A DNA stretch of 64,000 nucleotides from assembly GCF_006345805.1 (NCBI RefSeq), contig NC_043018.1:12028001-12092000 (forward strand), read 5' to 3'. Each line of letters starts with the position of its first letter. The first letter of the stretch is position 1. Of the stretch, positions 63,756 through 64,000 are shown one piece after another. The DNA is from Octopus sinensis (Eukaryota). A model generated the notes under the pieces. That model searched no databases. It was not told where the DNA came from and saw only the letters and a program-made list of their open reading frames with translations. The position numbers were made by a program, and so were the translations under genes.

Positions 63756-64000
63756 GACACTTCATTTATTCTAAAATCTCTATGATCTCGAATATCATTT
63801 AGTTATTTGAGGGAGATTTATCACAAAAGCCAGAAAAAGGAGAGAAAACTGGGATAATGTTTACTTTAACGCCCTGGCACCAAAATAATAATAATAATAA
63901 GTGTATTGATCGTAAATAAATGTGTATTTAACGAATATGAGAAGAAACATTTGCGGCAACGAACCGATTATAAGGAAATTTGGGCGGAGGTAAGGAATAC

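Overview
AT-rich, microsatellite-saturated eukaryotic DNA. The repeat content (tRNA-derived OK/OR-like SINEs, RTE LINEs with (ATG)n tails, long (TA)n/(CA)n tracts) suggests an Octopus or other coleoid cephalopod genome; this is an inference. Most of the window is decayed mobile DNA: RTE, CR1/L2, R4/Dong and CRE-like non-LTR elements, Gypsy, Penelope-like elements (PLEs), hAT/Buster, Tc1/mariner and non-autonomous Helitrons. The only clearly recognisable host coding sequence is an intact, intron-less C-terminal half of the autophagy protease ATG4 (21602-22072, minus), embedded between microsatellites; it is probably a retroposed fragment. The main hidden signal is a set of eight type I hammerhead ribozyme (HHR) motifs plus one half-motif, all with self-complementary stem III, in short PLE-type repeats. 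They include canonical cores (24334, 26103, 49659) and natural core variants: a compensatory G3-C8 swap (28412-28462), A6U (40568-40607) and U4C (26339, 39809). Two sit inside long fold-back elements. There is weak evidence for a minus-strand terminal exon near 27.2-27.3 kb and a YY1-type promoter/first exon near 63.6 kb. All calls were made by eye; repeat boundaries are approximate.
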